Part shown: piece after piece, positions 1 to 13,254 of the stretch
How the letters are laid out: each line of letters begins with the position of its first letter
How positions within the stretch are numbered: position 1 is the stretch's first letter
Source: Asterias rubens
Taxonomy: Eukaryota
Direction: 5' to 3'
NCBI RefSeq assembly: GCF_902459465.1
Contig: NC_047067.1
Location: 5,456,001-5,520,000, forward strand
Length of the DNA: 64,000 bases
Notes under the pieces: model-generated
Told to the model about the DNA's origin: nothing
Databases searched by the model: none
What the model saw: the letters and a program-made list of their open reading frames with translations, nothing else
Program-made: the position numbers and the translations under genes

Positions 1-628
1 GCGGGAAAAAGGAGACACTTCTCGTCTATCTCGAAGACAGTATTGGCGCGGAATCAACCTTGTTGTGTTTAAATCTTGTCAAAATGGCGTCTGGGCGTAA
101 AGTTTGCCCGGTGCCCGATGAAGGTGTGCTGAGGGCGATAGAGGGCGTGCTTGGAAAGGACCACATGACGTGTGTACCAGCTTTGATTCATTTGCATAAT
201 CTGGAGCAGAGTTGCGATTGGCTGTCGGCTTGATGATGTAGGGGAAGTCTGACGGGTTTTGACATTGCAAGAGGTAGTTTTCCGGCAGTGTTGAAATTTA
301 TATAAAAGTACAATTTGTCAAAGTTTTTGAAACACATAATGCTTTCAGTTTATAGATGATGTCTTAATGATATGATGGGTTTGTTTTGTCAATGTTAACG
401 TAGTATTTGTCTCTTTGTTGCTTATAGTTTAAACTCACAATTGTCGTCACTTACTTTTTCTTTCCTTTTCAAGTTTAGCTAGGTTTTTATTCTTCAGATA
501 AATATATTTATATTAAATCAAATGTGAATTTTTATTTATTTTGTATGTATGTCATAATTATGTCATAGTAATTTATAATTAAAATGATTGAATTTAGTTA
601 AGAATGTAATGTGTTTTTCTTCTTGACC

Positions 629-1011
629 TTAAAGGCAGTGGACACTATTGGTAATAATACTCAAAATAATTATTAGCATAAAACCTTACTTGGTAACGAG
701 TAATGAGGAGAGGTTGGTAGTATAAAGCATTGTGAGAAACGGCTCCCTCTGAAGTGACGTAGTTTTCGAGAAAAGTAATTTTCCTCGCATTTGATTTCGA
801 GACCTCAGATTTAGAATTTGAGGTCTCGAAATCAAGCATCGGAAAGCGCACAACCTCGTGTGACAAGGGTGTTTTTTCTTTCATAGTTATCTCTCAGCTT
901 CGAAGACCAACTGAGCTCAACTTATTACAGGTTGGTTATTTTATGCATATGTTGAGATACAAGTGAGAAGACTGGTCTTTGACAATTACCAATAGTGTCT
1001 AGTGACTTTTA
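629..1011 (+). mobile_element. MITE family A (TTAA-flanked, Kolobok-type non-autonomous)
   Basis: TIR TTAAAGGCAGTGGACACTATTGGTAAT; internal hairpin GATTTCGAGACCTCA..TGAGGTCTCGAAATC; many copies in the window. Confidence 0.88.
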
Positions 1012-2531
1012 CAACTCCATGACAGTAACACTCAGATTGTGTATTCCTTGCATGGATTATTCTTCCTGCTTGAACATAGTTCGCTCCGGATTTTCGGCGA
1101 TATCTCGAGAACCCGACCACATTTTGGAATGAAATTTTCCCGTGTTAGTTTGATTGAGTATCTCTATATCTATATTGGACAGAAACAACCGAACGGTTCC
1201 AAAACCCAAAGGTATACTTTGCATTTAGGTTACTCCACAATTTAAAAAAGTAAGCTAATTGCGGACTTTGACTGCGAATAGAGATCTAATCCATGGACGC
1301 AGCGCGGCATTTCCCCACACGACAGACCATCACTCGGCTGAAGTGGTCGGCTCGTATTTCTCTGTGTATATGAAATGCAATCACACGAGCGTCAGTTCCA
1401 ATTTGTTATTAAAAATCGCCAATTTAATAATTTATTTGTTTTCAGCATTATAATGTCTTTGCTTCGTGGCATTTGGGTTTATTGGCATCTTTATCATGAC
1501 TAATCCCTCTGGGGGAGTTGATGTTATTGCATCCCCGAACTCAAGTACTTGGAGCGATGTTTCGGTATTTCAACTCTGCAATTTATTTCATGGGGAGTGT
1601 AAAGGTCGGAAGGTCCCAACAGTGTGGTTCAATGTTTTGTTGTGACCCATGAACATTACTAATTATTTCACTCTATACCCTGAGTTGTCTGCTTCTCCTG
1701 CAGAAATTTGAAAGCATTTCCCCTGCCATTTTGTTCACTTCATCTTGTGAAATTGTTAGGTTCCGTCAGCCTGTTTGGAGTCCCAGACCAAAATCACGCA
1801 CTATCAAATAACTGACGGCGGCTATATAGGCCAAAAGCTCAAGCCCCATTTCCTGGTTTCGAAAGGGGCCATAGAGTCTTAAACTTAAACTTATTATTAC
1901 AGCCAAATATGACATAAATACTGCGTTCTTTCAAACTTCACAACAATAGTTTAAATTTATAAAACTAAAATATTCGGTTGGTTGCAGAAACTCCCTTGTA
2001 GCGTTTTGTTCTTCAGGATGGTTATCGCAACGTGGAGGATGGGGGGGGGGGGGGGGGGCTTCACGCCATTTTTGTTCCTGTGGGAATCACCACACGTGTT
2101 TTGTTTACAGATAGATAATTAATCAGCTCAAACACACCACGCAAACAATGAGTGTGACAAGTACACGTTGGAATAAATAAATCGGTTCTAACTAATTAAC
2201 AGATCCCCACAATTGATTCTAAGTTAATAAATCGATCACAAATCGTGAGAACAAAAGAGGTCCACATATCGTAAAGACTTGAAACACTGGCCCAAGTGGC
2301 ATACACACGCTCAATTGCCAACACAAAGGTTTTGTTTTCTACGTTGAAGAATATGATTTTGTTGAAGTGTACATACAAAACAGAACTATAAGGATTGTTC
2401 ACAGAGTGAATGCAACTCAGATGTGTTCGTGTGTACGTGTTTGTGTTCGGTCGTTGTCATGTTGCCGGTATTCAATAATCGGCACATTTGAAACTAAGCT
2501 CTTTCTCAGCATATGTTCCTCGCTCTAGTAA

Positions 2532-2691
2532 GGTGGCCCTTAAGGGACACTGAACATATTCACGTCAATATTTGCGTTGGGTCACAAATCGCAAATACTG
2601 ACGTGAATACTTGCGATTTAGGGCAAAATCCATGAATATTGCCGTCAATATTCACGTAAATATATATGTTCAATGTCCCTTCAGGGCCACC
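2532..2691. mobile_element. Small fold-back MITE
   Basis: 28-bp TIR GGTGGCCCTTAAGGGACACTGAACATAT with 2 mismatches. Confidence 0.7.
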
Positions 2692-3307
2692 ATACTCTAT
2701 GGCCTCGGTGCATTCCAAGCAGAGCATGCAATGTTTCATCTTTAGCCTGACACACCAGCTAGGTTTTGCGCTGGTAACCTGCCCTGTCTTCTCGCGTGAC
2801 TTTTCCCCCATCCAATTCACAGCAATCTGCACCATTCACGTGGAGTGTTTTTCGTTTACGGAGTGACGCCGGGTGCAGACGACTTCATCAATTACACACG
2901 AGGCAAACAAGGCGGCAACAACGTCGCTCTGAAGTCGCTTGAAAATCACCAATATTAAATGGCATTGATTTACAGATTGGACAGCAAGCAAAGCTATGAT
3001 ATCCCGTGCATCGCTGATTGATCCGTACTTATATTGAACAAATTACTATCCAAACATGTAAACTGTTTGACATTGACGAGCCAAATCATGAACATTAGGC
3101 CTAGTTGTCTTGGCAGTCGTTGCGCGTGACAACATGTGCAAATTTGCGAAAATTCTTTGCGACAACATAACTTTAAGAAAAATTGGTCTGGGCGTTTTGA
3201 GCATAATAAACGAATTCAAACAGTGGTAAATACTTGGATTATTTTTACCACTGGGTGCAGTGTGATCTGTTTTGGGGAAATAAAGTGATGTCTGGCTCCC
3301 CAAAGGA

Positions 3308-4351
3308 ATGAATTCTACAAGTGAAACTCGACCTTCAAACACAGCAGTGGTTGTTTTACGGACGATATTCATCGCTGCTAATGGTTTAGCAATCGTCATC
3401 GCTAACACCCTGAATATAGTCGTGGCTGGACGGGCACGGATCGGCTCAGAGCCCGCACGAGTTTTCATCGTGTCCCTCGCCTTGGCTGATATCCTCGTGG
3501 GTGCGTTGGCGTTCACTAGCACCCTGCCGTCTGGTTTTGACGGATTTCCGTTTAGCGATGCCTTGTGCCGAATAACAGGGTCAGTTTTCGCAGTTGGGCT
3601 GCTGCTTAGCGTCTTCTTCTTGGTCAATATAAGTGTGGATCGCTTCGTTGCTATAACCATACCACTAAGGTACAAGGCTCTCATTACACGCAAACGAGCA
3701 ATCATAATAGTGTGTGTCGCATGGGTCGCCATTTCTGGTATTATCTTGGTAACTACTTTACTTACGGACGTTATGAAGTACAACCATGCTACATTCTTCT
3801 GTGAGCCTTCTTTTGAAGATCCAAGTTTTCCTCTGTCTTTGTTTATATTGATCATGTGGTGGTTAATGAATGGGAGTCTGATCATGATGATGATAAACGG
3901 GCATCTTTTCCGAGTGGCTCATCACCACTCCAAGATTATCGCGTCCCAGGGTCTTGCCACAGTGATGGAGCCCAACAAACGACAGAGACCACAACGGTGG
4001 AGTCGCGTTGCTCGGACGGACTTAAAAGCCTTAAAGATGTGCCTTGCTGTAACCCTCGCCTTCAACTGTGCATGGATCCCCACTGTGTGCCTGGACTTTT
4101 ACAAATTCATCAAGAAAGAGAATGCGGCTCCTGCGGTCGAGTTTGCCGTCACCTGGTTGTCGCTGTCCAATAGTTGGTGGAACTTTCTCATCTACAGTTG
4201 TTTGAACAAACAATTTCGGAAAGCCGCAAAGCAGATTGGCAAGCGCCTCTTGGCGAAGTGTAGACGGGATAAGACAAGCCGCCAAACGGTAGGGCAGACC
4301 TCCAAAGTGTCGATATCGAGCAAGTTGAAGATTGCTGGGAATGACAATTGA
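3308..4351 (+). CDS. Intronless class A (rhodopsin-like) GPCR, 347 aa, orphan or chemoreceptor-like
   Basis: Single ORF with 7 hydrophobic segments. N-terminal NST glycosylation site, TM2 SLALAD, TM3 Cys...SVDRFVAITIPLRY, ECL2 Cys, TM6 AWIP, TM7 SNSWWNFLIY, helix 8 NKQFRKA. Confidence 0.95.
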   Translation: MNSTSETRPSNTAVVVLRTIFIAANGLAIVIANTLNIVVAGRARIGSEPARVFIVSLALADILVGALAFTSTLPSGFDGFPFSDALCRITGSVFAVGLLLSVFFLVNISVDRFVAITIPLRYKALITRKRAIIIVCVAWVAISGIILVTTLLTDVMKYNHATFFCEPSFEDPSFPLSLFILIMWWLMNGSLIMMMINGHLFRVAHHHSKIIASQGLATVMEPNKRQRPQRWSRVARTDLKALKMCLAVTLAFNCAWIPTVCLDFYKFIKKENAAPAVEFAVTWLSLSNSWWNFLIYSCLNKQFRKAAKQIGKRLLAKCRRDKTSRQTVGQTSKVSISSKLKIAGNDN

Positions 4352-4864
4352 CTGCATAGAATCATCAGTTCACAATAGTGGATATTTTGCTCTTGTGTGA
4401 TCATATCCACTAGTCCATGTTTACAAAGTACACACTTTGGAATCGGTTATTGGTATACTAAATACGCCGTGGCCGTCTTTTGGAATTCTTATTTTTATGG
4501 GGTTTCTTGGCCGAGAGCGATGGGCTGGTGTTTTGGCGTTGTCAGAGAGTGTGTTCGGGTTCCGGCCATTGCACCTTTGCCCTTGTGCAAAACATTGTAT
4601 TATTGCCTAATAATGAACCCAAATTAACTTCATACTAATGGTGTTAAAATAACATAGATGTAATTTTGTTGACAGAAATTAGTGTTATTTCATCACGTGT
4701 CTTTAACGTTTGATTCTGTCTTCGGTATCTGTGACAAAACCCATGATGTCAATTTTAACACCCAAGTTTTTGCAGTACAAATCGTCCCAATCTATCACAA
4801 TATTCAAGACGAGAATAAAATTTCATCTAAGCAAGAAATCACCCAGACTTTTAATTATTATTCA

Positions 4865-5126
4865 TTAAAGGCAGTGGACACTATTGGTAATTACTCAAAA
4901 CAATTATTGGCATAAAACCTTTCTTGGTGACGAGTAATGGGGAGAGGTTGATGGTATAAAACATTGTGAGAAACGGCTCCCTCTGAAGTGACGTAGTTTT
5001 CAAAAAAAAGTAATTTTCCACGAATTTGATTTCGGGACACAGGTTTGTTATTTTATGCATATGTTGAGATATACCAACTGTGAAGGCTAGTCTTTGACAA
5101 TAACCAATAGTGTCCACTGGCTTTAA
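4865..5126 (+). mobile_element. MITE family A, internally deleted
   Basis: Both TIRs present, TTAA at each end. Confidence 0.88.
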
Positions 5127-5278
5127 TGATGTAACAAACATTTGAAGTACAATGTACATCAAAGTACATACATGCAGCAAGAATAAACTCTAATGGGAAA
5201 ACACATCATGAGAAACGTTACAGACAACGTTATCTTTTTCCAAAGTAAAATGCTTCACAAAATTTAAAATGCTTTATA

Positions 5279-5691
5279 TATGTTTTCTCGGTCAAATTAA
5301 GAAAATGAGCAGACAATTTCATTTTCATGCGTTCGAGTTAAAGCAGTTTTGCCTCTCCAGTTCTTACTGCGCTTCAAATTCAGAATTCGGCCATTCAATT
5401 TCATTTTGAGTCGAGTCAAATTCCTTTAACACTCTATTCAATTAAGCGTATCGTCATTCTTTTTCGTGACACACACGCCTCAAGAAGAGCGTCTGCGAGT
5501 TTGAATGCTGCTTTGATGAATTGTTGCATTGAATGATTATTTTGAACTTAAATCGAATGACGCAATCACATTTGATTAATCATAAAACGAAATCGAATGA
5601 CCCTTTTCACTAGCATTTGATTTCGCGCGAAATAGAATAGCTTGGTGCTTCAATTGGCTGCTGATTTGCCGAAATTGACCGAGAAAACCTA
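5279..5691. mobile_element. MITE family D copy 1
   Basis: TIR (TAG)GTTTTCTCGGTCAA...TTGACCGAGAAAACCTA; reverse complement of 6638-7007. Confidence 0.8.
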
Positions 5692-5981
5692 TGTTATCGA
5701 AAGCTGCTATACATCCCATTGGTCCTAAGAACGATAATCAAACGTATATCCTTTTAACAATTCTAAGAACAATTGACTGGAGTGGTTTAATCCCATTCTA
5801 ATCAACCTGTCTTTATTCAACCCCAAATTAATTAAAATTTTATTTTTTGTCAGTTTCCCTTTGTGGCTTGTTACGTGACAGTTTAATTAAAAACACAATC
5901 TCTCTACTTTTCTAAAGACCACCCCTTATCAAAAATTCAATTAAAAAAAAGTGTTTGCTTTTTCTGATAACAAAAGCGGCT

Positions 5982-6239
5982 TTAAAGGCAGTGGACACTA
6001 ATGGTAATTACTCAAAATAATTATTAGCACAAAACCTTTCTTGGTGACGAGTAGTGGGGAGAGGTTGATAACGCACGCAACTTCGTGTGACAAGGGTGTT
6101 TTTTTTCTTTCATTATTATCTCGCAACTTCGATGACCGATTGAGCTCAAAGTTTCACAGGTTAGTTAATTTACATGTTGAGATACACCAACTGTGAAGGC
6201 TAGTCTTTGACAATTACCAATAGTGTCCACTGCCTTTAA
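5982..6239 (+). mobile_element. MITE family A, internally deleted
   Basis: Near-perfect TIRs TTAAAGGCAGTGGACACTA...TAGTGTCCACTGCCTTTAA. Confidence 0.9.
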
Positions 6240-6637
6240 ACTAAAAACACAATCTCTCTACTCTTCTAGAGACCACCACGTATCAAAAATTAATAAAAAA
6301 AAGTTTTTTTTTTTTTTCTGATTACATAAGCGGCTTTACTATCAGTTCTTCGAATTGTAACCTGTCAATTCTGCAGTGAATGGAGTCATTTTAAACTACT
6401 CGAATCTGGACTTTGATCGTAAATTTCATCTAATGATTTGCATACACTCAAAAGCCCAGAGATTAATTTTCATTTTCTCTGTCAACATTTTTGTCAGGTT
6501 CCCTCCCGGCAATATGGAGTACGGTATATAATATCGAATGCTTACAAGAGCGTTTTACATTATTGCTTTTGTTCATCCTCCTATGAAATGATTCATACAA
6601 AATAATACAGATATTTATTTCCATCCTACTTTTAATA

Positions 6638-7007
6638 TAGGTTTTCTCGGCCAATTTCGAAAAATGAGCAGCCAATATAACCACCAGAATATTCTATTTC
6701 GCGCGAAATCGAATTCTACTCATTCGGTTTCGTTTTATGATTAATCAAATGTAATGTTGCGTCATTCGATTTAAGTTCAAAATAATCATTCAATGCAACA
6801 ATTCATCAGAGCAGCATTCAAACTCGCAGACGCTTCCTAAGGCGTGTGTGTCACGACAAAGAATGACGATACGCTTAATTGAACATGAACAGAGTGCTAC
6901 AGGAATTAGTAACAAGCAGTAACAACTGGAGAGGCAAAACAGCTTTAATTCGAACGCATGAAAATTAATTCGACTGCTCATTTGCCGAATTTGACCGAGA
7001 AAACCTA
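6638..7007. mobile_element. MITE family D copy 2 (inverted relative to copy 1)
   Basis: TAGGTTTTCTCGG...CCGAGAAAACCTA. Confidence 0.8.
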
Positions 7008-7409
7008 CAAACATACAGTGCAACCGTACAGCATAGTTCTATAATGTCCCTTGTGCGTGGAAAGTAGCTTTTTGAACATCTGTCTTCGTGGCTTTATCAT
7101 GATGGCAGCTAGATTGGCCCTTTTCGAAACTAAGGTTCTGTTTTAATATTCCTACTTTCATCCTCATGTCAAGAAACGGGTCTCGGGGTTAGTACATACT
7201 AACCTCTGAGACCTGGTTATTAAAATAAAAAAACGTTCAGGCCTTATACAAGTTATGTTTTTTTCTTGATGTGGAGTTAAACTACTCCGTTTATTCAACA
7301 ACAACATCAGCAACACCATATCATCAAATAAAAAAACATTTATAAGCGCTCCAATAAATACTGCTGTCATATAACAGATACAATGAGCTACGGGAGGTAT
7401 TAAAGGGTA

Positions 7410-7844
7410 GTAAAGGGTACATTATGTACTTTTTCCTAACAAAAACACAATGTCCACAGATTTACATTAAACTTACACAGTTTGAAGATTATGATAGGAG
7501 AAAGGTTCCCCGTTTGAAATTTTACTTACCGAGGTGCTGTAGTTTTTGAGAAATGAGTAAAAGTAATAATTTTCGTCTTAGTTTTAGCATTTAAACACGT
7601 ATTAACCAGTTATGCTATGGTTTTGGTATAATATCATAACTGGTAAAGGGGATTTTACATGCCAAAATCATTTTGGTCTCATGAGACGAAAATGATGTTG
7701 TGACTTGTTTTACTCATTTCTCAAAAACTACACGACCTTAGTAAGTAATATTTGAAGGGAAGCTTTCCACTATCATTCTCTTCAAACCCTGTAAGTTTAA
7801 TGTAAATCTGTGGACATTTCGCAAAAAGTACCCGAATCCTTTAA
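7410..7844. mobile_element. MITE family B (TTAA-flanked fold-back)
   Basis: TAAAGGGT...AAAGTACCCGAATCCTTTAA; self-complementary arms. Confidence 0.85.
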
Positions 7845-10800
7845 TACAAAAAAACCCCGACCAAACTGTCAATGTTTCTTCAACAGAGGGCGCGATTGGC
7901 AGCTTCCACAATATACTGATGTTTTTGTATAACAAGCTCGTTTGACTCGCCGGGAAAGACCGAGTTTTATTTACTCACGTGTGTTGAGTTCATATGCGAA
8001 AGTAGTAAATGTCCATCAGCATTACATGAAGATCCCTCAAAGGTGTGGGCAGAAGACGCGTACAAAACAGACGTCAGTAAAATCTTTCGGGAAAATTGAA
8101 AACATACGGAGGGATTTCCCGCGATAATTGATTTGACACCAGTATAAGGTGAGTGAGTTGTCTGCATAAATACAGGTAAACACAGGTAGGCCTATGGTAG
8201 GTGTTAACATGTCGGGAAGATGTCCGTGTGTTGTTGAGGTTGTCTACTAAAGGTATGTGTTGTTTCCATGTTGTGTAAGATGGTTAGAGAGGATGGGCTA
8301 ACCGTATAGAGGCTGTTAAGAGATAGGCATAAATTTTGTTGTGTTTTTACTTCAGGTATAGGAAATGTAGCATTGTGGATTAAATTATTGAAAAACAAAC
8401 CAACCCCAAAACAACTGATGGAGTGAGTTAACGTGAAAATGCAATTACTACGAAAGCTGGCGGTAAAAACCTGTGAGACCTACACTCTAAAAATTCCCGT
8501 GTCAGAATTGACTCGGATCCCGGGAGGTGAGGCCCTGTCTGACTCGTTTACGGGTCAGACTGACCTACTAACTGGCTAAAAAATTGGGCTTTTAGCACAG
8601 ATTCTGCGTAGGTTTGACACATTTGTGGGTGATTTCGACCCAGATTCCTGGTCACTGACCCCAAATGCGTCAGTCTTTCTGACCCGTTTATTTATGAGTG
8701 TATAAAGAATAATGAGAAAATAGGTAGAAGTTTCTGTATTAAGTCGACATTTGAAAAGAACGTCTTAAACGAAGAAAAGCCATTTTCACATCGCACATTT
8801 AACAAGGGCCCATTGCTCAAGCATGGTTGCGAAATTTGACCAAATGCATTTCGTATGAAAGGATGTTTATACTGTCCATAAAATGACAGCAAGTTTGAGA
8901 TTTCACTGGGGACCTTGAATATTTCAAACATTCTGTCTTTTCACACGAAGTGCAACTTGTAAAATTTCTCAACCATGCTAAAAATTAAACAAGGGACCCT
9001 TGCTAAATTGCTATCGTGTGAAAGGGCTTTAAACGTCTGCATTTTTAAAGATGTTTACCATATACGCCAGGTTGGGCTGCTGAGAGAAAAAGCTCTCAGG
9101 TGTACTGAGCTAAGAGAAATCTCTCGACTGTTTATACGCTAATGTAACTCTATTTGTTCTGAACGCAAATTAGATCAGTGGGCACCGTGGGTAGGTTCTA
9201 TACAACTCAAGGAGACACGTAGCGGTCAATGGGACTGCCTTATTGAATTAGTTCACATTGCTAAAGGGGGCCAGCGGGGTTTTGCAGACGGCGAGTGCAT
9301 TTTTGTGTTATGGGTGATGTGTGTAGAGATTAATCAATTAAGTGAATCTCTTTTTTGTAATCTTGTTTCGTGTGTACAGCTAAACTTGCAATGAGAGAAA
9401 ATATATATTGTTGGTAATGCCTAAATGTAAACGCATAAATTAGATAAGGTGTTAATTTTTTAAACAGTATTTCTTATAAGAAATATATATTATTTGAACA
9501 TCTTGCGAATAAAAAAACACTGTGTAAATATCCCAGTTTTGGGAAGAGTGTTAATGGCCCCGAGAAGAGCCGTGGTCTCGACGTTTCGATGAGTAAACTC
9601 TGCTGGTCTTCTGCTAATATCCATATCATGCAAAACCAATGCTTCAAACATCGCTTAGCAATTCGGTTGTACGTTTGAGATGAACAAGTTCAGTTGTGTT
9701 TAATGCAGTTGATGCAGGACCCACAATTCATTGCAATGTAAACAAACAAACAAACTTAAACCACTGTCTGGAATTAATGTTGTTCCTTAACGATCTACGC
9801 CATATATTTTCGATTTTGTTGGAGAAATCATTATTAATCCTCCGTGTCACATGACGTATTTGTCAGTGGTCGAGTAGGCCTGTGACTCGATGATGACATT
9901 AATTTGTAACTGTTAGGATGTCCTCTCGTTTGCTTCATGAATGTATCCATTCATAAGTAGACAACATGGCAGAAATACATATATTTTAAAGCACTATTTG
10001 CAAGTATAACAGGTTACCGAATGTGCGCAATTTCATAACGAAACAGGACAGTTTTGGTAGTTTGTCTCGCCCATTTTAAGGTATTTTAAACTGACAAAAT
10101 GACCGTTAAAAGCCAACTCAATTAATCAATATTCGGAAAGAGGTGGGGAAGCTACCCGTTTCTTGATCACAATGCTCTTGAGGTGACAACTTATTGATCC
10201 AATCGATCTGTGATGCTTGACCAACAAGTGGCTATCTTCGTCGATCGATTATTCAACCTCGACCTCTGCTCAAGCTTTTTTTCCCACTCTAAAATTTGGC
10301 CCGAATGAACACACTGCGAAAAACTTGGCGCCAGATCCTGCGGACTTGTCCATTTTAAACGCCACAAGAAATGTCGTTAACAATGACTGCATGAGCAACA
10401 ATCTACTGAAATTATGTAAGTATGTATATATTGTACATTTCCATATCTACCTAATTTTGGTGGGAGTGTTGGTCAAAGTCATCTAGCAGGAGTGACCTAT
10501 CGTGGAATTTCCAACAAGCCACCCATGTAGTAAAAAAAAAATCCAGCTCAACCAGTGTTAAATCGCACACAATCCTTGCTATGAGATGGTATTATAGCCT
10601 CTGTTTGTTGACAGCTTTAGTTCAAGACCTACTTTTCATCAGGGGAAGTAAAAATCATGAAAAGAAAGAAAGGAATTAAATCGTGCCCCGGAGCCTTTAC
10701 GTATACGTATTGCGCCATAAAGAAAAGAGATACCGTAAGTCCCGCTGTATTACGGTAGGCCTACTTCATAAAAACTGGGCTATTTGAGCCTTACTGGATT

Positions 10801-11241
10801 CACCAAACTTTAAGAGGCTTACAACTGATCCCCCTTCACCCCCTTTCTTGCTTTCGAGGGTAACAGAAGCGTAGCCCCAAGGGGATACAGGGGGACCTCT
10901 ATAATGGGCTTTATCCCAATTTTTTTAGTGGATGCTGCCATGTTTGATACTGTTGCGTGGGTCTTGACGGCGTGGTCTGCAGGTTGCAATGGCAACGAAG
11001 CAGAGTCGCCTATGGCGTATTACGCGAAGGCATTGATTTGTGGTTTGTTAAGACACCTTCAGATAATAATAATAATTCAATAACTGATGTTTATTCGACT
11101 TTTATGCCACTTTCCTGGGTTGGTAATTAGCTGTTTTTAAGTTGTGTAATCATAAGAACATGTCCTGCGGATGTGTTTGGTTTTTAGTATGAGCTTAACT
11201 TGTTCTTTGCGTGGATACCATCTCCTCACACCACTTTCTCC

Positions 11242-11424
11242 CAGGGCCCAATTTCATAAAGCTATAAAGCAATAAATACTGCTTGGCAATTTCTTTTCTT
11301 TAAAGAACAAAATTTAGCCGGGTACCAGCCACAACTATTTAAACTTAATGTAATTTGGGCTGGTAACCCTATTCTGCTATAAGCAATACTATGAGTCTAC
11401 ACGATTATATAAATTTGGGCCCTG
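11242..11424. mobile_element. MITE family G (CAGGGCCCAATTTCAT TIR)
   Basis: Related copies near 45735-45940, 60090-60285 and 52480-52645. Confidence 0.7.
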
Positions 11425-12529
11425 ATAGTTATGATATCAAAAATCGTAAATCTTTGTTGATGTTAGCATTTTCATTCCAACTTCAAATTCGAACAGTTGA
11501 AAGAAAAACAACAATCTGTGTGATAACAATTTTTACTTCTTAAGTGCTTGGGTGCCGGACACTCAGCTCCTTTTTGCAATGGTGAGCAGTGCTTCGCGAA
11601 AAAGAGCGGCAAAAGTGAAAAATGAAGCCTTAGAAACGTTATGGCTGGCAAAGCGTTATAGTTGAGCCGCCATCAACTCAAATTGTGGTGAATCAATGAC
11701 GCATCTGCACCCAAGAAAACATGATCAATGAAAAATGTTTTTCGATTCATGCTCTCGACTTATTCACTCCGTTCTTTAGAAGAACGGATTCCTTATATTT
11801 TCCTGGACAATTCTATCGTTGGTTATGGAATGTATGATCTTTCATTTCTAAAGACTCGATCCCACACGATCAAAACAATAATCATCCAGTGTGCAAACTA
11901 TACGGGCTCGGTGTTTTGTATTGCTTGGACCTTGGGAAGGATTTTGTTGGTGATAGGACGATCGGAGTCGTGTAGAATTACACTGTTGGGGTTTAAACCT
12001 TCTTAAAAAAAATTCCGCTTGCTCCAAGGAAGATTTGTGGCTTTATCCCCGTTACTTGTAGTACCCTGCTTTGGAATGGCCACTCAATTCCTGACTATAA
12101 CTGTTGAAGCCATAATAATCAAGGCGGATTGGGATGGGGTTATCGTACACCCATATAAGCCTTTACCATGCCCGAGTTCGTTTGTTTGTGGGGTGTTGGG
12201 GTTTTATTTGTTTGTTGGTTTCCATTCGTTTAACACAAAAAGTACAAGAATATTGATGACAAGTAAATAAATAAACGCTTAAAAGCTAACTTCGGTACAT
12301 GGGGTTGCAACCAGAGGAGTAAAAACAATGTGTTGGAGCACCCATACTGTTGTATAATATAATGTTGCACTTGTTTAACAAATTGACAATTTGGGATAGT
12401 GGACCAGTAAAACTCATAGACAGCTCGATGGAGAAACAAGGCGAGTTGTGATGACACCAATGAAACACCAATGAAACACCAATAAAGACAATGTCTTGAC
12501 GTTTTGGAATGAAAAGTATGCCAATTGAG

Positions 12530-12900
12530 TTAAAGCCATTGGACCCTTTCGGTAAACAGTTTTTTTTCCAAGGCCCACACTTCGTGTATCACAACTTATA
12601 TATAAAATAACAAACCTTTGAAAATTTAGGCTCAGTCGGTCATCGGAGTCGGGAGAAAATAACGGGAAACCCACCCTTGTATCCGCACGTTTCGCCGTGT
12701 CATGACAATGTGTTTAAAATAAATCCGTAATTCTCGATATCGAGAATTGATATTGTTTTACTGTTTTCTCAAAAAGTAAAGCATTGCATGGAATAATATT
12801 TCAAGAGAAGTCTTTCACCACTACCTTCTGTAAACCCTGTAAGTTATTTGTAAATCTGTGAACTTTTTTTTTCTGTACCGAAAGGGTCCAATGGCTTCAA
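12530..12900. mobile_element. MITE family C (TTAAAGCCATTGGACCCTTTCGGTA TIR)
   Basis: Matching right TIR TACCGAAAGGGTCCAATGGCTTCAA. Confidence 0.85.
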
Positions 12901-13254
12901 AGGGTCTATGTAACTTTTGTAGGACAAAAACACAATGTCCACAGATTCACACTAAACTTACACAGTTTGGAGATAATGATGGTAGAAAGCTTCCCTGGAA
13001 ATATTACGTGTTGAGGTGTTGTAGTTTTGGGGAAATGAGTAAAACAATGTCGTGACAAAAATTTTTGTCTCATGAGACGAAAATTATTTTAATAATTTAC
13101 AAACGTATTTTCATGACATTGTTTTACTCACTTCTCAAAAACTACAGCACCTAAAGTACTATTTGAAGGGAAGCTTTCCACTATCATTATCTTCAAACCC
13201 TGTAAGTTTAATGTAAATCTATGGACATTTTGAAAAGGTACCCAAATCCTTTAA
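12897..13254. mobile_element. MITE family B
   Basis: Abuts the family C copy; centre GTCTCATGAGAC. Confidence 0.87.

Noticed and set aside
84-233. Short ORF MASGRKVCPVP... in a CpG-rich stretch with an octamer ATTTGCAT (190-197)
   Set aside because: Only 49 codons and no recognisable family. It may be a promoter, but context left of the window is missing.
3046-3885. 279-aa minus-strand ORF
   Set aside because: Antisense shadow of the GPCR with no independent motifs.
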